From Comamonadaceae bacterium (GTDB taxonomy: Bacteria > Pseudomonadota > Gammaproteobacteria > Burkholderiales > Burkholderiaceae_C): a DNA stretch of 64,000 bases. Of the stretch, positions 19,560 to 28,988 are shown piece after piece. Positions within the stretch are counted from its first letter, which is position 1; each line of letters begins with the position of its first letter. The notes below the pieces were generated by a model. The model was not told the origin of the DNA and ran no database searches. It saw nothing but the letters and a program-made list of their open reading frames with translations. The DNA is taken from assembly GCA_043777675.1 (NCBI GenBank), contig JAYWHR010000065.1:9992-73991 (forward strand). The letters are read 5' to 3'. Made by a program: the position numbers and the translations under genes.

Positions 19560-19638
19560 TTTCGTCCTTTAGCTAAAATGATTTAGTTATTGTTGGTTGT
19601 GAATTGGGCTACTGACTATTTATTTGATCGCCGTCTAG

Positions 19639-20883
19639 TCAGATGTTCCAGTATTTATGGTCTTTTCTGTAGACGGACAAAAAAACCATTAGTTTCGAGA
19701 GATCATAGAAGCGATTGGGTCCAAATGCGCGCAGGAAGATACGCATCATCCAGTAAATAAATCCAAGAATCCTTTGGTTGCCATTGGCTTCCTTGAGTCC
19801 GGGATAGCTGTAGCGTTGTTGCGTTTTTCGCATGACAAGCCCGTTTTTGCGGGCAAAGTTTCCGACGACCTCAGTCGAATTAAATGGGTCTGCATGTGCA
19901 GGCAACTTTCGCCTGACGCTGGCGTATGCGCGTCTTAGTGTGGGTGAAATGTAGCTGCCATCACTCATATAGTCAAACGAATACGGCAATCGCTTGATTG
20001 TGCTCTCGTGGAACTTGAGCTTCTGCGAGTAATCCTTGCCGAGCTGTTCAAGCAATTCGTATCGCTTACCAGTTTCGTTGCTGGCTCTTTTGTTTAGGTA
20101 CTGCGGATCGGTGTGATCGAAGTTGCTGAAATGGAAGAAGATTAGCGGGTGAACGTGGTTGACCATGTATTGCTCGCCATTTTTGCTGGTTAGCGTTCTT
20201 TCGAAGGTGTTCCACGGTGCTGCGTTATAGCCAGGATTGAACGATATCTTTAGGAAGTCAAAAAAGCATGGCGCAATAGATACCCATTTTTGGTCGGTTG
20301 ACAAACCAAACTGGCTTTCCATAAAGCAAAAGTCAATGCAACGCCTGTTCCACCAATTGAGGAAGTAAGCGGCCTCAGAACTCTTCGTGACAGCAAAAAA
20401 ACCAAGATTGAACGATCCAAAACGCATCATTGCTAAGTCGGACTCACCTTCTGTGTCTGGTTGGGGTTTGATGTAGTGCGGTGTCAGGACTACAGGAGAC
20501 ACATCTAAATCTTTTAGGATCGGGTCTAAGGCACTGTACACGGCAGTATCTGGATCGAGAAAAATAACTCGCCTGTGTTTTTCCAATAGCTTTAAGGCGA
20601 TAAATGGTTTGAGGCTTGTACTGAATTCGATGATGTCGTAGATGAAAGCGAGTTGCTTCCATTCGGGCACGCCTAAATCCTCAAGCCAGGTAATGTCCAC
20701 CGTCTCTGGATGAGGGCTAAGTTCCTGTTTCCTGTCGAAGAGGATAACGTTTAGTCGCGTAGCGTTGTGTTCCCTCAGTGAATCAGCCAGCACGAGCGCT
20801 TTGGGCAGATAAGCGATATTGCAAACTGTAAATACGGCTAGGTCAACGTGGACGGGTTGAATCGCTTGAGAATTAAATTCCAT
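19639..20883 (-). CDS. Putative GT-A fold glycosyltransferase/polysaccharide protein
   Basis: AYLPKA.VLA.SL, ELSTS-like EFSTSLKP, FLDPD (DxD), FNLGF, DQKW, GYN.A.WN; cluster context. Confidence 0.6.
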   Translation of the reverse strand: MEFNSQAIQPVHVDLAVFTVCNIAYLPKALVLADSLREHNATRLNVILFDRKQELSPHPETVDITWLEDLGVPEWKQLAFIYDIIEFSTSLKPFIALKLLEKHRRVIFLDPDTAVYSALDPILKDLDVSPVVLTPHYIKPQPDTEGESDLAMMRFGSFNLGFFAVTKSSEAAYFLNWWNRRCIDFCFMESQFGLSTDQKWVSIAPCFFDFLKISFNPGYNAAPWNTFERTLTSKNGEQYMVNHVHPLIFFHFSNFDHTDPQYLNKRASNETGKRYELLEQLGKDYSQKLKFHESTIKRLPYSFDYMSDGSYISPTLRRAYASVRRKLPAHADPFNSTEVVGNFARKNGLVMRKTQQRYSYPGLKEANGNQRILGFIYWMMRIFLRAFGPNRFYDLSKLMVFLSVYRKDHKYWNI

Positions 20884-21689
20884 TATTTGCCTTGAATGAG
20901 CCGGGCTGTCAATTGCCCGAAAATATAGAGCACCATACTCCTAGTCAGTGTGTAGGTGTCGCTGAGTTGATTTTCAAAAATGCCGCCAACAATCAGTTTT
21001 AGATAAGCACCCAAAGCATCTTTGATGCGCGTGGCCGAATAGCGTCGTACTAGTAGCGTTTTTCCGAAGAGCTTAAGTGCCTTATCGGGCTGTTCGCTAG
21101 TGTGGTCAAAATCAGGCGTGTTATTAACTAGGCCAATCCTAAATCCGCAACGCCTTGCTCTGACACAGAATTCATAATCCACGCAGTCCACGAAGTATCT
21201 TTCATTATGCCACCCAATCTGTTGGAGCGCATTGAGATTGAATAGGCTGCCGCTGCTAATAGCTAAGCGTACTTCCTGCACGGATTCGGCGGCAGCCGGG
21301 TGTCCACTGAAGACCAGTGCGGCGTATTGCTGCTGAGCGTCTGCTGGTATAGATTGAGGAAAGGTTTGGATGAACTCGAGAGTCTGGCCGCTGATGCCAG
21401 TGTCTTGATCCAGAAACAGGAGGCGTTGAAAGCCGTACGCATAAGCGGTAGCACAAAGGGTGGACAGCGAATACCCGATGCCAACATTTTTGCCTGCGGT
21501 GAGGTAGACGATGTTCGAGTTCTCTTGCAAGGCGCGGCTGTGTTCGGTGTCAAAGGGTGAGTTGTCAAAGACATAAATACGGAAGCCAAGGGCGATCATT
21601 AGGTTGACTCTTTTGAGCAAGCTTTCTTGCGGATAAAAGAGTACCAGCCCAATGGCGTAGCTTGAGCGTGCGGGCCACTGTGAATTCAT
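20883..21689 (-). CDS. GT2 glycosyltransferase, rhamnosyltransferase-like
   Basis: VFDNS, N.GIGY.L, LDQDT, ISSGSL, YFVDCVDYEFC. Confidence 0.75.
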   Translation of the reverse strand: MNSQWPARSSYAIGLVLFYPQESLLKRVNLMIALGFRIYVFDNSPFDTEHSRALQENSNIVYLTAGKNVGIGYSLSTLCATAYAYGFQRLLFLDQDTGISGQTLEFIQTFPQSIPADAQQQYAALVFSGHPAAAESVQEVRLAISSGSLFNLNALQQIGWHNERYFVDCVDYEFCVRARRCGFRIGLVNNTPDFDHTSEQPDKALKLFGKTLLVRRYSATRIKDALGAYLKLIVGGIFENQLSDTYTLTRSMVLYIFGQLTARLIQGK

Positions 21690-22951
21690 GTGTTGATTTT
21701 CATTGCTCTGGTGTGCAGCAGGATAAGATCAAGCAATGCACGAAGCATCCAAGCTAGTGCCGCGCCAAGGATGCCGTGCAGTTGCGTTAGCAGATAGACG
21801 GCTGGGATGTAAAGAGCCGACTCGAAAAGATGAATCAGCGCGGTGCTTCGCGCGTCTCCAGATGCTTGAATATACGCGTGGGGAACTTGCGCTAGGCTGT
21901 TGAACAATATTCCTACGGCCAGCACGGACGCTACCGCTGACGATTTTTTGGCGAATTCCTCTCCTAGCCATATATTGATTCCGAACCTTGCACCGAAGAA
22001 AATGCATACTGTGACTGCACCCATCATTAAAAGAATGATTTTCATGCTCTTCGTGTACAGAGCCACGGATTTTACGTACCTTTTTTCCGAAAGGTCTTTT
22101 GAAAAAATAGGAAATAAGGTAGTTGTAATAGCAGCGGGCAAAACCAACAGACGCAGCATGAACTCAGCGGGAATGGTGTAATAAGCCAGCACTGCTGCGC
22201 CAAGAACGTTGGCTATCAAAAATCGATCAGCTACCACCATCAACGGACCGATGATATTGGACACTGTCATCCATCCGCCGAATTGGAAGAGTTGTGTTGA
22301 CTCTTCGCGACTGACATTGCTGGCGGATTTACCGATAACTTGGCGGACGCTTAAGTGGTGCGCGAAAAGGATGAGGTATCGGGCAATAACCAGTGATCCA
22401 ACTGTGTAGTCCAAACGTGGTCCGAACAGGGCGATTGAGGCCATAGGTCCAAGGAAATTTGAAAGTCCTAGGACGAGTCTGAGAAGGTTGATGGCCTTAA
22501 AGCGCTGCTCGCCTTCTAGGACTCCGCGCAGACCCGCAGTGGCTGTTGTCGCTGGAATTGCTAGGCATGCCAAAAGAAAGGAAGTGCGGATCTCATGGTC
22601 AAGGTGTGGCGTCGAATTGATCCAGCTAACACCTATTAATTCGATTGCCGCAAACCCTACCAAGCCGCCGACTATGCCAATCATTAGGGTGAGGAAAACA
22701 CCGGTAGTAGCAATAGTTTTTTTCTGCGAGTCGGTCTGATGTGATCCTAGGCTGGCGATCCGCTGGGTGATAGCCCGGCCGAGCCCGAAATCGAAAATAC
22801 TGAAATAGCCAATCAGTGCCCAGATTATTGTTAGGATGCCAATGCGCTCAATGCCAATGTGCTTATAAATGTATGGGATAGCGACGATACCAACAAGCAT
22901 TGGTGCCGCTGAACCTAGAAGGTTCCACAGCGTATTTACTCGGATATTCAT
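21686..22951 (-). CDS. wzx: O-antigen flippase Wzx
   Basis: NTLWNL.G, G.ERIG, FDFGLGRA, DRFLI; multi-TM. Start reassigned to MNIRV. Confidence 0.87.
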   Translation of the reverse strand: MNIRVNTLWNLLGSAAPMLVGIVAIPYIYKHIGIERIGILTIIWALIGYFSIFDFGLGRAITQRIASLGSHQTDSQKKTIATTGVFLTLMIGIVGGLVGFAAIELIGVSWINSTPHLDHEIRTSFLLACLAIPATTATAGLRGVLEGEQRFKAINLLRLVLGLSNFLGPMASIALFGPRLDYTVGSLVIARYLILFAHHLSVRQVIGKSASNVSREESTQLFQFGGWMTVSNIIGPLMVVADRFLIANVLGAAVLAYYTIPAEFMLRLLVLPAAITTTLFPIFSKDLSEKRYVKSVALYTKSMKIILLMMGAVTVCIFFGARFGINIWLGEEFAKKSSAVASVLAVGILFNSLAQVPHAYIQASGDARSTALIHLFESALYIPAVYLLTQLHGILGAALAWMLRALLDLILLHTRAMKINT

Positions 22952-22973
22952 GGATTTGTGAATCTTTGCCAAT

Positions 22974-24413
22974 TCATCGAACTCGCCCGTATTTATCGTC
23001 ATAGCGCACGATATCGTCCTCGCCCAAATAGCTGCCCGATTGCACTTCAATAATTTCGAGCGGTGCTGTGCCAGGGTTCGCGAGCCGATGCACCTCACCA
23101 AGTGGAATGTAAGTGGATTGGTTTTCCGTCAAGGTGAATACTTTGTCGCCGTTGGTGATTTCAGCAGTTCCCTTGACGACGATCCAGTGCTCAGCCCGAT
23201 GGCGGTGCTTTTGCAGGCTGAGGCTTGCCTTGGGTTTCACTTGAATGCGCTTGACTTTGAAGCGCTCGCCTTCGTCAATGCTGTCGTACCAGCCCCAAGG
23301 TCGGTGCACTTTGCGATGCAGGCTGTGTTCTTCTCTGCCTTGGGTATTGAGTTGACTGACGATATGCTTTACATCTTGGCATTTAGATTTGTCAGCAACA
23401 AGAATGGCGTCTGGCGTTTCGATAACAACCAAGTTTTCTACCCCGACCAAGCTGACCAATCGGCTGCTTGCATGCACGAGTGTGTTTCTGCAGTCAGTGG
23501 TGAGCACATCGCCCACGTGGGCGTTGCCAAAATCGTCTTTGGGGAGCACGTTCCAAACGGCATCCCACGCGCCGAGGTCATTCCACCCTGCATCCAAAGG
23601 CACCATCTTGATCGGGAAGGCGCTGCCGGGGCAGCGCTCCATAACGGCATAGTCAACGGATTCGCTGGGAATGGCAGTGAACGCCTCTTTACCGGGGCGG
23701 ATGAAGGCGCTGTCTGCGGTGCGCTGATCCCATGCGAGCTGGGTGGGTTGGGCGATGTCGGGGCGGAAGTGTTTGATGGCGTTTAGCCAAACTGAGGCCT
23801 TGAGCACAAACATGCCGGCGTTCCAGTAGTAGCCGCCTTCGCTCAGGTAGGTTTGGGCGGTTACGGCATCTGGTTTCTCAACGAACCGTTCAACCGTGAG
23901 GCGTGATGTGGATACTGCGAGTGTCTTGATATAACCGTAGCCAGTTTCGGGGCGATCCGGCTTGATTCCCAAGATCACGATATTGCCGCCAGCCGCCTCC
24001 GCAATGGCCTGCTGCATAGCAGCTGTGAATGCTGCGGAGTTGCTAACAGTCTGGTCGGCAGGGGTGACGACAAGGACGGGATCTTGGCCTGCTTCAACAG
24101 CCGCTAACGCGGCAAGTGTCAATGCAGGTGCTGTGTTGCGGCCCACGGGCTCAAGCAGTGCGGCGCCTAGTGCAATGCCCACTTCCTGCAGCTGCTGTGT
24201 GGCCAGGAAGCGATGATTCTCACCCATAACGATGAGTGGCGCTGCGACCTCAATATCTGGCGCGCCAAGGTTTGATAGGCGCAGTGCAGCTTGCTGGAAA
24301 AGGCTTTCATTGCCCGTTAAGCAGAGAAATTGTTTGGGAAATCCTGTACGAGAGAGCGGCCATAAGCGAGTGCCTGAGCCACCACACAGAATCACGGGTG
24401 TGATATGAATCAT
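22974..24413 (-). CDS. manC: Mannose-1-phosphate guanylyltransferase / mannose-6-phosphate isomerase
   Basis: LCGGSGTRLWPLSR, EPVGRNTAPA, FVEKP, WNDLGAW, RPWG, SLQKH.HRAEHW. Confidence 0.93.
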   Translation of the reverse strand: MIHITPVILCGGSGTRLWPLSRTGFPKQFLCLTGNESLFQQAALRLSNLGAPDIEVAAPLIVMGENHRFLATQQLQEVGIALGAALLEPVGRNTAPALTLAALAAVEAGQDPVLVVTPADQTVSNSAAFTAAMQQAIAEAAGGNIVILGIKPDRPETGYGYIKTLAVSTSRLTVERFVEKPDAVTAQTYLSEGGYYWNAGMFVLKASVWLNAIKHFRPDIAQPTQLAWDQRTADSAFIRPGKEAFTAIPSESVDYAVMERCPGSAFPIKMVPLDAGWNDLGAWDAVWNVLPKDDFGNAHVGDVLTTDCRNTLVHASSRLVSLVGVENLVVIETPDAILVADKSKCQDVKHIVSQLNTQGREEHSLHRKVHRPWGWYDSIDEGERFKVKRIQVKPKASLSLQKHRHRAEHWIVVKGTAEITNGDKVFTLTENQSTYIPLGEVHRLANPGTAPLEIIEVQSGSYLGEDDIVRYDDKYGRVR

Positions 24414-24534
24414 ATTGGTAAAAAGAGTTTCGGGTTTTTGCAATAACGGCAGGAAACTTTTTAAGTTAGTGGCTTAAAAACAGATCGCAGCAAGCGCGTT
24501 TGGCAACAGGTATTTTTCTTTGCAACTTTCCAAA

Positions 24535-25659
24535 TCAACTCTTGAAGCTTGCTAATCTGGTGTACGTGAAGGAGAAGATGACAATAACACCTATAAATGC
24601 AATCATGAGCATCAACTGCGAATGATGTATGTAATACGTAATTGCAACGATCACCATATTTGCGATACAGATTGCTAGAGCAGTCATGCCGTTTGCCAAG
24701 CCTGAGATTTGTGTAGATCCTGAACGGCTGAAGTACTTCCGGATGCAGCGGGCATAGACTAAATGATGCATATGAACTTTATCGGGCGCTCCCGGATGGT
24801 GGCCGCTGCGCCTAATCCTGCGGATCACACTAAACAACACTTCAGCGACCGGATATGAAATTAAGAGCAAACTTGCCCAAGGACTGACGCTAGGATTTCT
24901 AGCGGGTAACAAAATCACTAGCCATGCGATGCAAAAACCAATGAAGTATGCACCTCCATCTCCTAAAAATAATTTGCCGTACGGCCAATTCGTAAGCCAA
25001 AAGCCGAAGATTGCAACCGAAAGTAAGCTACTAACGTAAAGAAGCGGCATATCCCCTAGCCGCGCTGCAATAGCCATGACCCCAGCGCATACGACCATTG
25101 CAACGCCGCTGGACAAGCCATTGAAGCCGTCGATAATATTGAAAGCATTTGCCAAACCGGCGATAGCAATGCATGTCAAAAAAATGGCCGCCGGGGCTAA
25201 TGCTATAGACCATTCAGGTTTCAATGAAAGCACAGAATCAATCCAAGGCAAACCGACATCCGTGATAGAAATCGAGCTATGAAATACCGCCAACAGGGCA
25301 GCAATAAGGCACAGGACGAGCCGCATTGATACGCTTACCTTTTTGGTAACATCTTCGGCAAGACCTGCTAAAAAACATAGGCTGCCGCCTAGCAACATGG
25401 TTCGCATGATTTTTAGACTATCAAGATGAGACGAAGATTTAGCTTGGCTTTCAAAAATAAAGTAAGCAATGAGCATGCTTAAAAATACGCCTAAGCCCCC
25501 GATACGTGGGGTTGGCTGAGTGTGAATTTTCTGAATACCTTCATTGGAATCATGCGACCAGCGGCCATGCAGATTTTGCGTCAACACCACGCCAACGCAA
25601 ATTACAAAAGATGTACAGCAGACCACCACTAACAGGAAGTTATTTTCAGTGAAAAGCAA
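24535..25659 (-). CDS. WecA/MraY-family undecaprenyl-phosphate GlcNAc-1-P transferase
   Basis: TPRIGG, DD-like ED, NAFNIIDGFNGL, FLGDGG, DKVHMHH; TTG start. Confidence 0.82.
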   Translation of the reverse strand: MLFTENNFLLVVVCCTSFVICVGVVLTQNLHGRWSHDSNEGIQKIHTQPTPRIGGLGVFLSMLIAYFIFESQAKSSSHLDSLKIMRTMLLGGSLCFLAGLAEDVTKKVSVSMRLVLCLIAALLAVFHSSISITDVGLPWIDSVLSLKPEWSIALAPAAIFLTCIAIAGLANAFNIIDGFNGLSSGVAMVVCAGVMAIAARLGDMPLLYVSSLLSVAIFGFWLTNWPYGKLFLGDGGAYFIGFCIAWLVILLPARNPSVSPWASLLLISYPVAEVLFSVIRRIRRSGHHPGAPDKVHMHHLVYARCIRKYFSRSGSTQISGLANGMTALAICIANMVIVAITYYIHHSQLMLMIAFIGVIVIFSFTYTRLASFKS

Positions 25660-25669
25660 ATTTATCCCC

Positions 25670-25691
25670 TGTCATAATGGCTTTCATTATA
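25670..25691. promoter_or_regulatory. Candidate back-to-back -10 elements in a 46-bp divergent gap
   Basis: TGtCATAAT on + (25670-25678) and TATAAT on - (25686-25691), forming an ATAATG/CATTAT inverted repeat. Confidence 0.35.
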
Positions 25692-25705
25692 TTTGAAAGA
25701 GATTT

Positions 25706-26857
25706 ATGCCTTTGGAACTAATACCCATTTTGAAGAAAAAATGGCGCAGCTTAATGATGGCGGTCATTGGAGGAGCTTTATTAGCCTTTGTGCTTGCGAG
25801 CACAGTCTTATTAAGATTTAAATCAGACGGCTTTCTGAGCATCGAACTTTCCGTCATGGAGCACAAACGTATTAGTGAAAGCCTAGGGGCAGGGACGGAG
25901 ATCGCTACACGCTTGGCGGCCGAGCCTAGCTTACAAAATGATGCTAATGTGATTCAAAACGTGTTGCAAGGCGGCGTTGCTAAATGGCAAGCGCCGATAC
26001 CACGTGTGAGTAAAGCTGAGTCTAAAGATTTGCCAGATGCATTGTTGAAGTTGGAGCTTGAGAAAGAAAAGTTATCTGACGTCCAGCGTGCTTATTCTGG
26101 CATTCGCATAACCGCCAATGCCAAAGATGCTCAGCAATCCGCCCGCGTGGTGAGGTGGTTGGGTGACTATTTTCGCGACTCAGCTGCGAAGGAAATCTTG
26201 CGTCAAGAAATCTACGTATGGAAAGCAGAGAATGAAGGCTTTATAAGCCGATCAAAAGAAGAGCGGATTCGCATAGCTTATGAAGCCGAGCAATCTCAAT
26301 TGCGCGCTGGCGCACTCAAAAAGGTGCTGGGGCAATATCCCGATTTGGCAAAGGTAGATGCGCGATCTGTATTTGACGTTAGGAAGGAGAATGAGAAATT
26401 TGTATCCCCTGGTGGCCAGCTTATTGCGGCGGAGGTTGAGGTGATCAACTATAGAGAAAGCCTAACTCGATTAGAGAGACAGGTGGTGCAAGCGCAATTT
26501 ATCGCTCCATTTCTCATTGCATCGGAGAAAGCTTTGACTGAAAGCAATAGCGGGGACGATTTGGTGAAGCGCTTGAATGAATTAGTGCAGCAGACCAGTA
26601 AGCAAATTGAAAACGACACCCAGCGGGAAGTCTTGCTTAGCAAAGCCGCCAAGATCGCCGAGACCTCAGCCCGCTTCTTTTCCCGAACTCAATTTATCGT
26701 ACCGCCATCCATCCCAAGTAGAGCCGAAGCGCCTCGACCAAAAATGCTAGCGGCATTGGGCGGAATCTTGTTTGGCTTACTTGCGCTCGGTTGGGTGTTA
26801 AGAGATTGGATCAGCGCTGCCTTTAAGGAGAACGAAGTGATTCTGAATAAGCAGTGA
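25706..26857 (+). CDS. Wzz-like chain-length regulator (polysaccharide co-polymerase)
   Basis: One TM near each terminus, long coiled-coil-like middle, proline-rich PSIPSRAEAPRPK before the last TM. Confidence 0.55.
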   Translation: MPLELIPILKKKWRSLMMAVIGGALLAFVLASTVLLRFKSDGFLSIELSVMEHKRISESLGAGTEIATRLAAEPSLQNDANVIQNVLQGGVAKWQAPIPRVSKAESKDLPDALLKLELEKEKLSDVQRAYSGIRITANAKDAQQSARVVRWLGDYFRDSAAKEILRQEIYVWKAENEGFISRSKEERIRIAYEAEQSQLRAGALKKVLGQYPDLAKVDARSVFDVRKENEKFVSPGGQLIAAEVEVINYRESLTRLERQVVQAQFIAPFLIASEKALTESNSGDDLVKRLNELVQQTSKQIENDTQREVLLSKAAKIAETSARFFSRTQFIVPPSIPSRAEAPRPKMLAALGGILFGLLALGWVLRDWISAAFKENEVILNKQ

Positions 26858-26861
26858 TTTC

Positions 26862-26894
26862 AAAAATAAGAAACCCGCCGGTGGAGGGCTTCCT
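26862..26894 (-). terminator. Possible intrinsic terminator after yegP
   Basis: Minus-strand stem AGGAAGCCC/GGGTTTCTT (two G-U pairs) followed by ATTTTT. Confidence 0.45.
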
Positions 26895-26916
26895 GTTTTT
26901 AATTGGTGTGTCGAAA

Positions 26917-27249
26917 TCAGGTCTGATCATCAACAGCAGCACCGGGCGCATTGTTCACGCAAGATTCAACACCGCCATCGCGAGCTTTTTCGCTGGCATA
27001 CATCTGGCTTTGGCCGATGACTTGATGGTTGCCGGCTTTGAGTACAAAGTAAGGATCGCCTTTGGTGCCGGTGAGCTTTTCAAAGCGGCTGGCATCTGCT
27101 GCATTTTTTCTCACGGATTCAATGCCGTTTTGGGCACTGGCTTTGGTTTCATACATTTCGCTTTGCAAAATGTTTTGGCCATTGCTGGCGAGAAGACTGA
27201 AGTAAAACTTTTCATTTTTCGATTTTTTGAGCTCAAACTTGCCTGCCAT
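26917..27249 (-). CDS. yegP: YegP family (DUF1508) protein
   Basis: MAGKFELKKS...FYF.L.ASNGQ.IL.SE.Y, two tandem repeats. Confidence 0.88.
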   Translation of the reverse strand: MAGKFELKKSKNEKFYFSLLASNGQNILQSEMYETKASAQNGIESVRKNAADASRFEKLTGTKGDPYFVLKAGNHQVIGQSQMYASEKARDGGVESCVNNAPGAAVDDQT

Positions 27250-27360
27250 GATGGACTTCCTTGAATTGAAAGGGTTGCAGCGCCAAACGCTGTGGGATCG
27301 TTTTTAACGCCAAAGCACCCTTTTTGCAAGCCCTTACCCCAAACTGTGCTTCTAACACTC

Positions 27361-27975
27361 TTAAATGTTGTGAGATATTAGCCAATTGTGTTGGATGAGA
27401 GAGACCATAGCCCTGGCTGATTGCCCGCGATGGCTGATTTGATTTTTATGCTCGGGATTGAGCTGCGCCATCGTTTTACCGAGCTCGGGGATATACATCA
27501 CAGGATCAAAGCCGAAGCCGCCACTTCCTATTTCTTTCACTGCGATCTCACCTTGCACACGCCCCACCGAGATGAGCGGCTGCGGATCAAGTGGCGAGAG
27601 CACGGCCACTTGCACACTGATCATATTGGCGCGGCGATTTTTCTCGCCAACCATACGCTCGAGCACAGCTCTGCGATTGTTGTCGTCGCTCTTTTCGTAG
27701 CCGAATTGCATGCAGTAATAGGCAGTATCCACGCCAGGCAGCCCGCCCCAAGCATCGATGCACAACCCGGCATCATCGGCAATGGCAGGCAGGCCGGTGT
27801 GCTGCGCGGCGTTGCGGGCTTTGGTGAGGGCGTTTTCAACAAAGGTTTTATAGGGCTCGGGCGCTTCTGGCACGCCCAGCAAACCTTGCGCAATCAGCTC
27901 TACGCTCAATGGCGCAAACATGGGCAGCAATTCTGCGAGCTTGCCTTGATTGTTTGATGCGAGAACAATTTTCAT
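27361..27975 (-). CDS. rdgB: Non-canonical purine NTP pyrophosphatase
   Basis: LASNNQGK, TFVENA..KAR, ADDAGL, GFGFDP, K..ISHRG. Confidence 0.93.
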   Translation of the reverse strand: MKIVLASNNQGKLAELLPMFAPLSVELIAQGLLGVPEAPEPYKTFVENALTKARNAAQHTGLPAIADDAGLCIDAWGGLPGVDTAYYCMQFGYEKSDDNNRRAVLERMVGEKNRRANMISVQVAVLSPLDPQPLISVGRVQGEIAVKEIGSGGFGFDPVMYIPELGKTMAQLNPEHKNQISHRGQSARAMVSLIQHNWLISHNI

Positions 27976-28011
27976 GGCTTTTTAAGCTGATTTCAGTACA
28001 TTTTCAGTACC

Positions 28012-28054
28012 TAGCCGGCATCAATACTGCGTGAGCTGCTATTAATTCAGGAGT
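28012..28054 (+). repeat. 43-bp repeat, copy 3 (contains rph stop codon)
   Basis: tagccggcatcaatactgcgtgagctgctattaattcaggagt; close to copy 1. Confidence 0.85.
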
Positions 28055-28767
28055 GATTGCTTTTGCATGCCGATCAGCTCTGTGATGCCTTTCTCAGCCA
28101 AACTGAGCAATGCATCCATCTCTGCACGGCTAAATGCTACGCCTTCGGCTGTGCCCTGCACTTCCACATAATGGCCAGCGCCGGTCATCACCACATTCAT
28201 ATCGGTATCGCAACCGGAATCTTCGGTGTATTCGAGATCGAGCAGAGGCGTGCCTTGCACGATGCCCACCGAGATCGCCGCTACGGGCGCTGTCACGGGG
28301 CTTTCAGTAATTTTTCCTTGCGCGATCAGCCAATTCACGGCATCGATTGCAGCCACGTAGGCTCCCGTGATGCTTGCGGTGCGCGTGCCGCCATCGGCTT
28401 GCAATACATCGCAGTCAAGCGAGATCGTGCGCTCACCGAGCTTCTTTAAATCAAATACAGCGCGCAAACTGCGGCCAATCAAGCGCTGGATTTCTTGCGT
28501 GCGGCCGCTTTGCTTGCCCTTAGCAGCTTCACGGCTGGAGCGATCATGCGTGGCACGCGGCAGCATGCCGTATTCAGCTGTCACCCAGCCTTCGCCCGAG
28601 CCCTTTTTGTGCGGCGGCACGCGCTCTTCCACGCTGGCCGTGCAAAGCACTTTGGTGTTGCCCATCTCAATAAGCACTGAGCCTTCGGCGTGGATGGTGT
28701 ATTTACGGGTGATTTTTACGGGGCGAAGTGCGTTAGCAGCGCGGTTTTCGGAACGTTGGTAGGTCAT
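28042..28767 (-). CDS. rph: Ribonuclease PH
   Basis: [49 protein letters not shown]. Confidence 0.97.
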   Translation of the reverse strand: MTYQRSENRAANALRPVKITRKYTIHAEGSVLIEMGNTKVLCTASVEERVPPHKKGSGEGWVTAEYGMLPRATHDRSSREAAKGKQSGRTQEIQRLIGRSLRAVFDLKKLGERTISLDCDVLQADGGTRTASITGAYVAAIDAVNWLIAQGKITESPVTAPVAAISVGIVQGTPLLDLEYTEDSGCDTDMNVVMTGAGHYVEVQGTAEGVAFSRAEMDALLSLAEKGITELIGMQKQSLLN

Positions 28768-28800
28768 GGTTTGGAGGGATGAAGGATAGAAATTCAATAC

Positions 28801-28970
28801 CGGACGCAGAAGACGCAAAGGTTACGCAGAAGTAATACCAAAAAGAAAAAGAAAAAGAAAAAGAAAAAAAAGAAATTAAGTTAAAGCCGAAGTTTCTCGT
28901 GCAAAAGCACGACTTTTTTGTATTTCTCTTTTTTACGTCTTCTGCGAAACCTTTGCGTCTGCTGCGTCCG
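28801..28970. repeat. Long palindromic element, copy A
   Basis: Arm CGGACGCAGAAGACGCAAAGGTTACGCAGAAG at 28801 and its inverted copy ending at 28970; A-rich left and T-rich right interior; inner TCGTGC/GCACGA hairpin. Confidence 0.9.
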
Positions 28971-28988
28971 GCTGTTTGTATTTAGAAT

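Noticed and set aside
22974-24413. manC without manB or gmd
   Set aside because: Phosphomannomutase is commonly encoded elsewhere; unremarkable.
10019-25705. Invertible (phase-variable) O-antigen segment, since flipping it would align rml, cluster and wzz
   Set aside because: No inverted repeats at the two boundaries and no recombinase in the window.
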